A DNA stretch of 64,000 bases from NCBI GenBank assembly GCA_938074205.1, contig CALJES010000012.1, positions 342,840 to 406,839 on the forward strand. The letters run 5' to 3'. A program made the position numbers and the translations under genes. The notes beneath the pieces were generated by a model, which saw nothing but the letters and a program-made list of their open reading frames with translations, made no database searches and had not been told where the DNA came from. The stretch's first letter is position 1. Every line of letters starts with the position of its first letter. Shown here one piece after another: positions 52,347 to 62,129 of this stretch. This DNA comes from an uncultured bacterium. GTDB taxonomy: Bacteria > Armatimonadota > UBA5829.

Positions 52347-53150
52347 ATGACGAGGTGTAGTAGTTTGGCAGGAATCATTACTCTGACAACTGATTTTTCA
52401 ATGTCGGATACCTACGTGGGAATGATGAAAGGGGCTATCCTGAGCGTAGCTCCTGATGCAACTTTGGTAGACCTAGCCCACGATATTAATGCTCACGACG
52501 TTCTGGAGGCCGCATTCGTTATCCACACGTCCTATCGGTACTTTCCGCCTGGCACTGTGCACTTGGTGGTAGTCGACCCGGGAGTGGGGTCAGTTCGAAG
52601 ACGAATAGCGATGAAATGCGGTGAACACTATTTCGTCGGGCCGGACAATGGTGTGTTTACCTATATGATAAGGTCGTCAGACGGCTGTGAAGCAGTGGAG
52701 ATTGAAGCCCCCCGCCGAAATGGTGGGCTGCGCGGAGTAACATTTGAAGGAAGAGACGTTTTCGCTCCCGCCGCTGCTCGACTCGCACTAGGAGTTCCGC
52801 TTACTGAACTGGGAAAGCCTGCACACGACCTAGTGACTTTGGATATACCGAAGCCGCGCATAAACGAATCGACCATAGAAGGCAAAATAATTTACATCGA
52901 CCACTTCGGCAACTGCATATCCAATATCGAAGCATCACACATTGAATCTCTCAGCGGTTCGCCGCGTGTGTCGGTAGCCGGCCATGATCTGGGATCGCTT
53001 CGCTCCTCTTATGCAGACGTTCCGGTTGGCGAACCGCTGGCCATAATCAACAGTTTGGATCATCTGGAGATAGCTATCAACCAGGGCAATGCTGAACAGG
53101 ACCTAAACATAAAGGTCGGAACCCCGGTTCGAGTAAGAACTACCAGATAG
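52347..53150 (+). CDS. SAM hydroxide adenosyltransferase family protein (DUF62; fluorinase/SalL-like fold)
   Basis: 267 aa; GIITLTTDFS...DTYVGMMKG...VVVDPGVGS signature of DUF62. Confidence 0.85.
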   Translation: MTRCSSLAGIITLTTDFSMSDTYVGMMKGAILSVAPDATLVDLAHDINAHDVLEAAFVIHTSYRYFPPGTVHLVVVDPGVGSVRRRIAMKCGEHYFVGPDNGVFTYMIRSSDGCEAVEIEAPRRNGGLRGVTFEGRDVFAPAAARLALGVPLTELGKPAHDLVTLDIPKPRINESTIEGKIIYIDHFGNCISNIEASHIESLSGSPRVSVAGHDLGSLRSSYADVPVGEPLAIINSLDHLEIAINQGNAEQDLNIKVGTPVRVRTTR

Positions 53151-53177
53151 TTACCGTGTGCATCGAAGCCAAAAGTT

Positions 53178-53200
53178 AGGGGCGTCCGGAGGACGCCCCT
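53178..53200. terminator. bidirectional rho-independent terminator (perfect 10-bp stem AGGGGCGTCC/GGACGCCCCT, loop GGA)
   Basis: seen directly; T-tract TAACTTTTGG follows on minus strand (downstream of BNR gene), weaker TTGCTGG on plus strand (downstream of DUF62 gene). Confidence 0.6.
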
Positions 53201-53230
53201 TGCTGGCGCTATGCAGATGTGACTTTATTG

Positions 53231-56200
53231 CTATTGTCCGATGAACTGCAGAGTATCAATCTCTGCTCCAGCATAGCCAGTGCGCATCAGCATCATTCTG
53301 ATACGACCGGAACCTGAGATATACCTATTGCAGCAAATACCCTGCACAACCACTTGTTTTCCTATGTCCTCGGGTGAGCGCGGGAACGCTGAAATTGCAT
53401 CCCAGGCTCTTATTACTTTGATGCCCTTATATCCATCGGGTCCGCCCTCGCAAGGAACGCCGCTGCCGTCGTCTACATAACACCACATCCAGCCTTTCGA
53501 AACGTCCTCACCGTATCCAAGCACCTTACCTGTTACTCTAATCAGCAGACCCTCAGTGTTGAGACCGGTCGCAACCACCGGATTATTGCCGACCCAGGCT
53601 CCGATTACGGCTGGCGTGCCATCACCAGGTCCGGGATTGGCGACGTTAGAACGCCAACCACCGCCGTAGGATTTCACGTTCATACAGATGAACGGCGGCA
53701 AATCAGTGTATCCGCCGAGTGTCGGCATCGAATCCAACCTCAACTCACGAGTAAGGTCAATCACTGGGTCAGTGCTGGAGGTCGGCAGCACCAGGGTGCC
53801 ACTCATTCTGGTTATTGTGGCGCCGGCAGTCATCCCGGGCGGGAAGTAGTTCCCGAGGGCCTTCGCGTTGACCTTTAAACCTGCGGCACCCAGCCCGCCA
53901 TCTGGCGTCAATTGCTCAACCCAGAACCACTTCTCCGCATTCGAGCCATACAAATCACCCGGATCGACATACGTCACGATACACGGATTCTCGTAGTTCT
54001 CGAATATGACTGAGGTGTCTTTACAGGCTTTGATCTCGCCTATCGTAGAGTACTTGAACAAGATTTTTATACCGTCGCTGACTCCTGCTTCGCTCCAAAT
54101 GCCTGCACCGTTCTTGGCCTTAACCAAGACATAGTAGGTGCCGAGTTTCAAGTTCAACCCCGTGAACGTATACTCTGTGACGTTGCCCACCGAGCGCCAG
54201 TCTGCAACGTAGTCGCGACCTATGTCCATTGGCACGCCGCTTATCGCGCAAGCATACTCGACCACTCCACTCTCAGGATCAGAAGCAGCAGTCCAAGTGA
54301 CGTGCATAGTGGTCATACTATTCTGCTCATCTCCGTCGTCGAACACCACCGGTATGCTAGGCGGCGTAACGTCCCCTGCCGTTGGCACGACTACGCCGTA
54401 GGACTTAGTCGTTGACGAGTTGGGACCGTCCGGAGGCGAGTAAACTCTCAGGATCTCGAGGTTGTTGTCTATGGCGTAGAGGTTGCCGACAGCGTCAAAA
54501 GCGGCGTCACGCCAGGTAGAGAAGATAGTCTTTCCCTGCTCGTAGACGTCGCGGGTGAATACGCTCTTAAGTGCAGTGGTAACTCCAGTTGTCTGCTCCG
54601 TCCAGGTTGCGCCGCCGTCCCTGCTGACGTAGGCTTTTCCATTAGGCCCGACTGCCCAACCAAGTGCCGGGTCGACAAACTTAGCACAATTAAGTGCCGG
54701 TGCTCCCGACGAAACGATAGTCCACGTGGCACCGCCGTCTTTCGTCTTAGCAACCGTTCCGTCTTCCGCAACCACTTTAGCAACCAGACTTGTCACCACG
54801 GATACGCTCTTGAGCTTCTTGCCTGCCAGCTCAGGGACAACTTGAGGTACCCAAGTAGCTCCGCTGTCGGTGGTGCGCAGTATAGTGCCATTGTCGCCCA
54901 CTGCCCAGCCATATTCCTGAACAGAAGGTAGGTGCCGATGCCTTGCTACGCCTATTGAATAAAGGTTTGCGGTCGTGCCAGAGTTCAAGAGAGACCAAGA
55001 TGTACCAGAGTTGACGCTTTTCAGTATGACACCACCGTTACCGCAGACATACAGTACCTGTTGACCAGTGGTTGCTGAGCCGAAGGGTTGATCTATCCAG
55101 TTAAGATCCTGCGTGGTGCCGGAGCTTGCTGCGGACCAGGTAGCACCGCTGTCTGCCGACACGTATATTGCACCGCCCGCACCAACTGCCCACACGTAGT
55201 ATGTATAGACAACCGGGCTTCCGGATGAGGACATAAAAGCTCTCACGCATTTTAGGTCCTGCGAACCGGGCGTGCTAGGGATGGTCCAGGTGGCGCCGCC
55301 GTCTGTAGTTCTTAGGAATGTGCCTGCGTTACCTACGGCGTAGCCGACAGTGGATGAGCGCATGAAGATGTCGTTTAGGTCGTTGGTTGTTGGGGACGTC
55401 ACATTTATCCACGTCCGACCTCGATCAGCAGATCGCAGGATCGTCCCGCCGGAGCCCACTGCCCAAACTCCGACGGGGGAAATAACTTGCATGCGTTCTA
55501 GGTCGAAATCTTTGTCGGTGACAATCAGTCGGCCGTTGTTATACGTGCATACAGCCACTCTGTTGCGGGCATCGTCAAGCGCCAAACCATATGTGTTACG
55601 GAGCACGTCCTGGCCGCCCCAGTCTGTAAGTGATAGGAACAACAGTGTCTGGTCCTGAGCCACTTTTATGACGCTCGAAATGTCAGTTCCGTCCGCTCTG
55701 TTTTGGCTAATGTACCAGTTACCCTCAGAATCCTTGGCGAAGTCTTGGTAGGTGTTTTGCATTATGTTGACAGGATAGTTGTCATTGTACGGAATGGCAT
55801 CGGGCTTTCCCCACCAAGGCAGCTGACTGTTTCCAACGTTGTACTGCCACACGCTGCCTCTTTGAGCAACGTTGCCGGGATAGTCCTCGTCGAGCGTGTA
55901 GATCACTCTATCCGGACCGACGCCTTCGACGATCGCGCCGAGTATATTACCGTGGTTCGACGTAAGACCAGTACTGTCAGCACCGGCCGGGTCAAAAATC
56001 GACTGCGCGCTGAGAAAATCAGGGTCGCCAACCCAAAGCCCCGGGTGTGAATCGTGATTATCACACACATATAGGCAGTCGTCCGGGCCTACGGTGCATC
56101 GCCAGGGACTATATGAGCTTAGTACCCACGTAACACCGCCCGTTCGTGCATGGTCGCCCTGCCCGACAGCATCGGTGCCGTCGGCGTTGAGAATATAGAT

Positions 56201-56755
56201 TCCATCTTCGGTTACCTTCGGCGAGCCGCTCCACTGGTTCGCTCCTGATGGGTACGCTTCCGAAACGTAGATTCGGCCGTAGTACTTGCTGCGCGGGTCC
56301 TTGTTTACATCGACACCACGCGGGCTGTAGTACTTGCACCGGTCTGTGACAGTCTCATCGATGATCGGAGTCCACTCAGAGTAACCATCGTCCGAGGCAG
56401 TCACAGTGAAGTAATACGGTTCGCCAAGGGGCACGAGAGCGCCGGCATCATTCTTGCCATCCCACACCCAGGTTTGTGTTCCCCTAGTTAGTGGTCCAAG
56501 ATTGACCGTGCGCACGAGCTGGTCACCAGCAGCACGATAAATTTTCAAGACGACGCCGTTGTCCGCGTTCTCGTTCAGAATGAATGACAGCGTTACCGTG
56601 CCGCCAGACGCTGGGGCGAAGGCAGGTGCGCTTGCCTCAAGCTTAGTGGCGTAGACATTTGCGAGGATCTCCGCGGGGAGGCTCATCACCAGTGCGAGGC
56701 ATAACACAAGTACCGGGCGGATCTTAGCACTTCCATTGCCGGAACATCCCCTCAT
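53231..56755 (-). CDS. large secreted protein with fibronectin type III-like domain, seven BNR/Asp-box repeats (beta-propeller) and conserved C-terminal domain
   Basis: 1174 aa; signal peptide; repeats xSxDxGxTW (SADRGRTW, TTDGGATW, SADSGATW, SVNSGTSW, TTDSGATW, TKDGGATW, SRDGGATW); FN3-like VTWTAASDPESGVVEY; C-terminus similar to that of the 37387-39111 protein. Confidence 0.8.
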   Translation of the reverse strand: MRGCSGNGSAKIRPVLVLCLALVMSLPAEILANVYATKLEASAPAFAPASGGTVTLSFILNENADNGVVLKIYRAAGDQLVRTVNLGPLTRGTQTWVWDGKNDAGALVPLGEPYYFTVTASDDGYSEWTPIIDETVTDRCKYYSPRGVDVNKDPRSKYYGRIYVSEAYPSGANQWSGSPKVTEDGIYILNADGTDAVGQGDHARTGGVTWVLSSYSPWRCTVGPDDCLYVCDNHDSHPGLWVGDPDFLSAQSIFDPAGADSTGLTSNHGNILGAIVEGVGPDRVIYTLDEDYPGNVAQRGSVWQYNVGNSQLPWWGKPDAIPYNDNYPVNIMQNTYQDFAKDSEGNWYISQNRADGTDISSVIKVAQDQTLLFLSLTDWGGQDVLRNTYGLALDDARNRVAVCTYNNGRLIVTDKDFDLERMQVISPVGVWAVGSGGTILRSADRGRTWINVTSPTTNDLNDIFMRSSTVGYAVGNAGTFLRTTDGGATWTIPSTPGSQDLKCVRAFMSSSGSPVVYTYYVWAVGAGGAIYVSADSGATWSAASSGTTQDLNWIDQPFGSATTGQQVLYVCGNGGVILKSVNSGTSWSLLNSGTTANLYSIGVARHRHLPSVQEYGWAVGDNGTILRTTDSGATWVPQVVPELAGKKLKSVSVVTSLVAKVVAEDGTVAKTKDGGATWTIVSSGAPALNCAKFVDPALGWAVGPNGKAYVSRDGGATWTEQTTGVTTALKSVFTRDVYEQGKTIFSTWRDAAFDAVGNLYAIDNNLEILRVYSPPDGPNSSTTKSYGVVVPTAGDVTPPSIPVVFDDGDEQNSMTTMHVTWTAASDPESGVVEYACAISGVPMDIGRDYVADWRSVGNVTEYTFTGLNLKLGTYYVLVKAKNGAGIWSEAGVSDGIKILFKYSTIGEIKACKDTSVIFENYENPCIVTYVDPGDLYGSNAEKWFWVEQLTPDGGLGAAGLKVNAKALGNYFPPGMTAGATITRMSGTLVLPTSSTDPVIDLTRELRLDSMPTLGGYTDLPPFICMNVKSYGGGWRSNVANPGPGDGTPAVIGAWVGNNPVVATGLNTEGLLIRVTGKVLGYGEDVSKGWMWCYVDDGSGVPCEGGPDGYKGIKVIRAWDAISAFPRSPEDIGKQVVVQGICCNRYISGSGRIRMMLMRTGYAGAEIDTLQFIGQ

Positions 56756-56938
56756 AGCAGTTCACTCCCCTCTCTTTCACTGATTTGCGTTTGGGCACGC
56801 GGTTCCGCGTGCTGTTACTATTCGCAGTCTAACAGCAGATCATGCGTGTGTCAACCTAGTACAAATACCGGCAATGCCGTGAGGTTTCACAGGGCAATTG
56901 TCTGATGTCGACTTGCGCGAATTGACGCAAGCTAGGTT

Positions 56939-57979
56939 TTGCTTAAACGGTTGTTAATGCTTGATACTCATGCTATACTGTGTGCGCTAATGGCGCCGGC
57001 AACGCAGGTGAAAGAACCGGGGGTGCGGTCCAGGGTCATTGCTATTGTCGGCCCAACTGCAGTTGGGAAGACAGCAGCTGCCATTGAGCTGGTATCAAGA
57101 GTCGGCGGTGAAATCGTTTCAGCTGATTCGATGGCAGTCTATAAAGGAATGGACATTGGGACCGCCAAACCGACGGCTGAAGAACGCAAGCTGGCTAGGT
57201 TCCATCTTGTCGACGTAGCGGATCCTGCGAAGCCATTCAGCGTAGGCGAGTACCAGAGATTAGCTCAAGCTACCATCGCGGATATCGTTAGTCGAAATCC
57301 GCCTGCGATCATTGTCGGCGGAAGCGGGCTGTATGTTAAGGCAGCTGTAGATGGGCTTGCGCTGTGGATTCCGCCGCGGAACGATGAACTGAGGCGCAGA
57401 CTGTGGGATCAAGCGGAAAAATTGGGAAACGAGGCGGTTCACTCGCAACTTGCCGAAGTCGATCCTGAACTCGCCAGTAAAATCCATCCGAACAATCTGA
57501 AAAGGGTGATTCGCGCACTAGAAATTTACGATGCGACTGGCATACCGCCGTCAGTCCTTTTCAGAAAGGACTCTGCGAGAGAGCCTGCTCATCCGGAAGC
57601 GCGGTTGTTTGGTCTGACGATGCGGCGGGACGCCCTCTACGTTAGAATAGAAAAGCGCGTAGACGAGATGGTTGCTGCGGGTTTGGTTGATGAGGTGGCA
57701 GCTTTGCTGAGACGCGGCATCGACCGAACATTACCCTCAATGCAGGGGCTGGGCTACAAGGAGATCGCAGGCTACTTAGCTGGAGAGTATAGTTTGGCGG
57801 AAGCCATAGCTCTGCTCAAAAGGAACACCAGGCACTTCGCGAAACGTCAGCTGACCTGGTTCCGAGCTGATAAGCGGATAAAATGGATTGACGTAGAGAA
57901 CTGCACGGCGTCGGAGGTTGCTAAACTAATTGAACAGGAGCTCAAAAATGAACAAGAGCCAGCTCAACCTGCAGGATAA
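56939..57979 (+). CDS. miaA: tRNA dimethylallyltransferase
   Basis: P-loop VIAIVGPTAVGKT, SADSMAVYKGMDIGTAKP; true start probably downstream of annotated TTG (ATG at 56957 or later). Confidence 0.9.
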   Translation: MLKRLLMLDTHAILCALMAPATQVKEPGVRSRVIAIVGPTAVGKTAAAIELVSRVGGEIVSADSMAVYKGMDIGTAKPTAEERKLARFHLVDVADPAKPFSVGEYQRLAQATIADIVSRNPPAIIVGGSGLYVKAAVDGLALWIPPRNDELRRRLWDQAEKLGNEAVHSQLAEVDPELASKIHPNNLKRVIRALEIYDATGIPPSVLFRKDSAREPAHPEARLFGLTMRRDALYVRIEKRVDEMVAAGLVDEVAALLRRGIDRTLPSMQGLGYKEIAGYLAGEYSLAEAIALLKRNTRHFAKRQLTWFRADKRIKWIDVENCTASEVAKLIEQELKNEQEPAQPAG

Positions 57980-58286
57980 CTTTCTTAACCAGGTTAGACG
58001 AGATAACACGTTGGTCACAGTGTACTTGATCAGCGGAGTGCAACTAAAAGGCCACGTCCGAGCGTTCGATTCGTTCACTATTTTGCTGGAAACTCCTGGC
58101 AAACCTGCTCAGCTTGTTTATAAGCACGCGATGGCGTCGGTGGTGCCGAGCAAGCACGTCCAAATTGCTTCAGTGCGTGAAGAATCGGCGGAAATCGAGG
58201 AAAAACTTACTTCCTCACACGAAGAAGCAGCTGAGCCTGCAGCAGCTGCTTTGACAATTGAAGAGCCTATCCACGTTGGTTCCTAG
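57948..58286 (+). CDS. hfq: RNA chaperone Hfq with extended acidic/Ala-rich C-terminal tail
   Basis: 112 aa from ATG 57948; Sm1/Sm2 motifs (VTVYLISGVQLKGHVRAFDSFTILL, YKHAM); overlaps miaA 3' end. Confidence 0.9.
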   Translation: MNKSQLNLQDNFLNQVRRDNTLVTVYLISGVQLKGHVRAFDSFTILLETPGKPAQLVYKHAMASVVPSKHVQIASVREESAEIEEKLTSSHEEAAEPAAAALTIEEPIHVGS

Positions 58287-58355
58287 CAGGTGTTGCTTTT
58301 CCCAAAAGTAACGATCATTGTTGAACTGTAGTACACGTCTCAAGGAGATTCGCAA

Positions 58356-59201
58356 TTGAAATTTGTGAAGTTGCATGGCGCTGGCAACGACTTTGTCGTC
58401 GTTGACGGGTCAGAGGAAAAGATTTCTGAAGAACGACTGCCGGAAATGGCGACATACATCTGCGACCGGCATTTTGGCGTCGGCGCCGACGGACTGATTC
58501 TTGTGCTGCCTTCAAAGGTCGCAAACTTCAGGATGCGCATTTTCAATCCTGACGGCTCAGAAGCAGAAATGTGCGGCAACGGAGTGCGGGTTTTCGCGAA
58601 ATACGTATATGACCGCAAGATGCACGACGACGTCGTAATGACAGTCGAAACTCTTGCTGGAATAAAGACTTTGAAACTCAATACAGTCAGCGGGAAAGTG
58701 CAGACAGTGCGCGTGGATATGGGAGAACCAAAGCTGCTGAGGTTCGAAATCCCGATGCGAGGCAAGGCCAACACAAAGGTAATCGCCGAACCTCTCAGGG
58801 TAGGCGGCAAGAAGATTGAAGTTACCTGCGTTTCCATGGGCAATCCGCACTGCGTCACATTCGTTGATGGGGTGGATCACTACCCCGTGGAAAAAATGGG
58901 ACCCCTCATCGAAAACCATCCAAGTTTTCCTGCAAGGACCAACGTTGAGTTTGTCGAGGTATTGAGTCCGCAGGAGATTAAGGTGCGGACGTGGGAACGA
59001 GGTGTAGGCGAGACACTTGCTTGCGGCACCGGTTCGTGTGCAGCAGTGGTTGCCGGATACCTTAACGAAAAGACTTCGCGAAAAGTGACCGTGCATCTGC
59101 GCGGAGGAGATTTGTTCATCGAATGGGCAGGCAATAACCGATTATTTATGACAGGGCCGGCCGAAGAAGTTTTCGAAGGCAGCATCGACATTAGCAGTTG
59201 A
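58356..59201 (+). CDS. dapF: diaminopimelate epimerase
   Basis: 281 aa; FVKLHGAGNDFVVVD, catalytic Cys pair (MCGNGVR, ACGTGSCA). Confidence 0.92.
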   Translation: MKFVKLHGAGNDFVVVDGSEEKISEERLPEMATYICDRHFGVGADGLILVLPSKVANFRMRIFNPDGSEAEMCGNGVRVFAKYVYDRKMHDDVVMTVETLAGIKTLKLNTVSGKVQTVRVDMGEPKLLRFEIPMRGKANTKVIAEPLRVGGKKIEVTCVSMGNPHCVTFVDGVDHYPVEKMGPLIENHPSFPARTNVEFVEVLSPQEIKVRTWERGVGETLACGTGSCAAVVAGYLNEKTSRKVTVHLRGGDLFIEWAGNNRLFMTGPAEEVFEGSIDISS

Positions 59202-59296
59202 TTTCTTTATCAGTTCGGTTGATCCGGACAGGGCATGGCTGTAGGTAAATGTCAGTCGCCTTGTCCGTTTTAGCATCTTAACCGGCGGAGGACAGA

Positions 59297-60475
59297 ATGG
59301 ATAGAGCGAAAAGACTTGATAAGATACCGCCATATCTCTTCGGCGAAATAGCGCGACTGAAGGCACAGGCGATATCCGAAGGTCGAGATCTTATAGATCT
59401 GGGTATCGGAGATCCTGATCAACCCACTCCTGAACCCATCGTTGAAAAACTGTGCGAAGCTGCTCGAAATCCCATTACGCATCGGTACGACGAGACAGAA
59501 GCCGGATGGCCTGAGTTCTTGGAAGCAGTTGCGCGCTGGTATCGTCGTCGATTTGGTGTTGGCATAGACCCCAAGAGCCAAGCCCTACTTCTTTTAGGAT
59601 CCAAAGACGGACTGGCTCACATATGCTGGGCGATGATCGACGCTGGAGACGTAAGCCTGGTGCCAGACCCCGGTTACACTGTTTACAAGGTAAATACGCT
59701 GATGGCAGGTGGAGACGCTTATGCAATGCCGCTACTCGAAAAGAACGGTTTTCTGCCGGATCTCTCCAGCGTGCCGTCGGATGTCGCAAAGCGCGCCAAG
59801 TTAATGTTTCTTAACTATCCGAATAATCCAACTGGAGCCACGGCAACTGTGGAGTTTTTCCATGAGGCGGTGAAGTTTGCCAAAGACTATGATATTGCCA
59901 TTGTCAGCGACCTAGCTTACTCTGAAGTTACCTACGACGGCTACGTAGCCCCGAGTATGTTGCAAATCGAGGGTGCTTTCGACGTCGTCGTCGAAATGCA
60001 CTCAATGTCAAAGACCTTCAACATGACGGGTTGGCGCATAGGATTCGCCGTCGGCAACAGTGATCTGATTGCACATCTGAACAAACTTAAGTCGAACCTC
60101 GACTCGCGGCAGTTTCCGGCGATCGATATCGCGGCAGCGTATGCTCTGGACCACGTGTCGAACAACGCCACCCTTGAACTGTATCGAAAACGCAGAGATA
60201 TACTCGTCGATGGGCTCAACGCAATAGGTTGGAAAATTCGCAAGCCAAAAGCCTCACTTTACGTGTGGGCTCCTGTGCCCGACGGTTACACCTCCGCTGA
60301 GTTTGCGAAGCTGCTGCTGGTGGATGCTGGGGTTCTGGTGGTTCCGGGCAGTGGATACGGGCAGTACGGGGAGGGCTACGTGCGCATGTCCCTCACAGTC
60401 TCCGGCGACCGCGACGGCGAACGTGTTGCTGAGGCAGTGCGCAGGATTAAAGAGAATATCTCAGTGAAGTGGTAA
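59297..60475 (+). CDS. dapL: class I PLP aminotransferase, probable LL-diaminopimelate aminotransferase (DapL-type)
   Basis: 392 aa; LGIGDPDQPTPEPI and NYPNNPTG motifs, PLP-Lys SMSKTFNMTGWR; adjacent to dapF. Confidence 0.65.
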   Translation: MDRAKRLDKIPPYLFGEIARLKAQAISEGRDLIDLGIGDPDQPTPEPIVEKLCEAARNPITHRYDETEAGWPEFLEAVARWYRRRFGVGIDPKSQALLLLGSKDGLAHICWAMIDAGDVSLVPDPGYTVYKVNTLMAGGDAYAMPLLEKNGFLPDLSSVPSDVAKRAKLMFLNYPNNPTGATATVEFFHEAVKFAKDYDIAIVSDLAYSEVTYDGYVAPSMLQIEGAFDVVVEMHSMSKTFNMTGWRIGFAVGNSDLIAHLNKLKSNLDSRQFPAIDIAAAYALDHVSNNATLELYRKRRDILVDGLNAIGWKIRKPKASLYVWAPVPDGYTSAEFAKLLLVDAGVLVVPGSGYGQYGEGYVRMSLTVSGDRDGERVAEAVRRIKENISVKW

Positions 60476-60495
60476 ACTGCCTAAGGCCTACGTGG

Positions 60496-61998
60496 TTAGC
60501 CGCTTTGCCCTAGGCCAGGATACAGAAAGATATCCGCGTCGACAATGCGGCCGTCACGCAGTACGTATTGCACAGGCCCGTGTGAGCCGCCCCAGTTGAA
60601 TTGGGGTCGGCGCTTCGTCTCTTCTTCACGTATACTCGCGATTTCACTCCACGTTATCCCTTGGGTGGCGATGGACCGCAGCTTGTCAAGCGGTATGTCC
60701 TGGAGGATCTGTTGACTTTGAGTATTCTCCAATAGGTTGTTGGTCTCGTCAGGATCGTTTAGCATATCAAACAACACAGGCTGCGCGGTTGCGAACTCGA
60801 CGTATTTCCACCGCTCGTCTCTGGCCATGCGGAACTCGAGGCGTTCATTTGGCATGAGCAGCTCGCACCTGGCCCAACACTTCTTTCGCGAGTTCGTGTC
60901 GCTCTTAAGAAGTGGAACCAGACTCTCACCGTCTAGACCCCTCGGGGCAGGAACACCAGCCCACTCGCAAAAAGTCGGAAACAGATCCAGCAGCTCCACT
61001 GGTGTTGTAACAACTTTGCCTGCCGGTATTCCAGGACCACATACGACCAGCGGAACACGAGAGGAACCGTCGTAGTACGACCTCTTGCTCCACATTCCGT
61101 GTTCACCGGCCATTTCGCCGTGGTCGGATGTATAGATTATGTAAGTGTTCTCGAGTAAGCCGTTTCGTTCCAATACATTCAGCAAATCGCCAATGCAGTC
61201 GTCTAGATAGTTGACACAAGCGTAGTATGCAGCGAGCGTCCGTTGCTGAATTTCATCCGAAAAGTCGTAGATATGAAAGTCATCAACTATGTATCTGTCG
61301 TGCGGGTGCAAAGACTCCGGATAACCTTCAGGCCTCGGAGGTAGGGGTGGGGGATCAGCCATAGCTCGTCTGAAGTAACGCCCGGGTGCCGTGAATGGGA
61401 AGTGCGGCCGCCCGTAACCGGCACATAGAAACCAAGGAGTGTCAGGATTCTTGCTGGCATGCTCTAGAAGGAATGCTATAGATTCCCGCGTCACTACACC
61501 ATCCATCAGCAGGCTTTCTGGGATCTCTGTTTCCCCAGCCCATGGGAAACGTCCAACCTTGTGGTCACACCAGCGGCCGTCCCACGTCTCAACGGGATCT
61601 GGCTGATGACCGCAAAAACGATCGATTATGATGTCTCCGTATGGCCGATGCTTGAATCCTCCATCCCATCTGGGTCCTTTGAGATGCATCTTGCCGACTA
61701 GCACAGTCTCGTAGCCGTAGTTACCTAGGTGTTGCGGGAGTGTCAATTCATCTGGGTAAAGCACAGACGCGTTATTCCAAGCAAAACATCGAAACGCATA
61801 CTTGCCTGTGAGCATAGATAAACGACTTGGTACACACAGTGGTGATTGACAGTAGCACGCCTCAAAGCGCACGCCGCGCTCAGCAAGCAGATCTATGTTT
61901 GGTGTGTGCGCCTTCTTATTACCAGCGTAACCTACGATATGCGGATTGTGCTGATCAGAAATCAAAAGAAGTATGTTTGGCCGACTTTTCTGGGACAC
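60496..61998 (-). CDS. sulfatase (Cys-type formylglycine motif)
   Basis: 500 aa; NILLLISDQ, CVPSRLSMLTGKY (C-x-P-x-R), GKMHL, YTSDHGEM motifs. Confidence 0.9.
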   Translation of the reverse strand: MSQKSRPNILLLISDQHNPHIVGYAGNKKAHTPNIDLLAERGVRFEACYCQSPLCVPSRLSMLTGKYAFRCFAWNNASVLYPDELTLPQHLGNYGYETVLVGKMHLKGPRWDGGFKHRPYGDIIIDRFCGHQPDPVETWDGRWCDHKVGRFPWAGETEIPESLLMDGVVTRESIAFLLEHASKNPDTPWFLCAGYGRPHFPFTAPGRYFRRAMADPPPLPPRPEGYPESLHPHDRYIVDDFHIYDFSDEIQQRTLAAYYACVNYLDDCIGDLLNVLERNGLLENTYIIYTSDHGEMAGEHGMWSKRSYYDGSSRVPLVVCGPGIPAGKVVTTPVELLDLFPTFCEWAGVPAPRGLDGESLVPLLKSDTNSRKKCWARCELLMPNERLEFRMARDERWKYVEFATAQPVLFDMLNDPDETNNLLENTQSQQILQDIPLDKLRSIATQGITWSEIASIREEETKRRPQFNWGGSHGPVQYVLRDGRIVDADIFLYPGLGQSG

Positions 61999-62129
61999 CT
62001 AATCGTCCTCCACCGTAATGTAATTACAAAACTCGGTGTGAAGGGAAAACTCCTCTGGCGCATAACCAAAATACTGTATACATACTACAATACCACCTCC
62101 ATAATGGGCAAACTGATTGCAGGTAGGCG

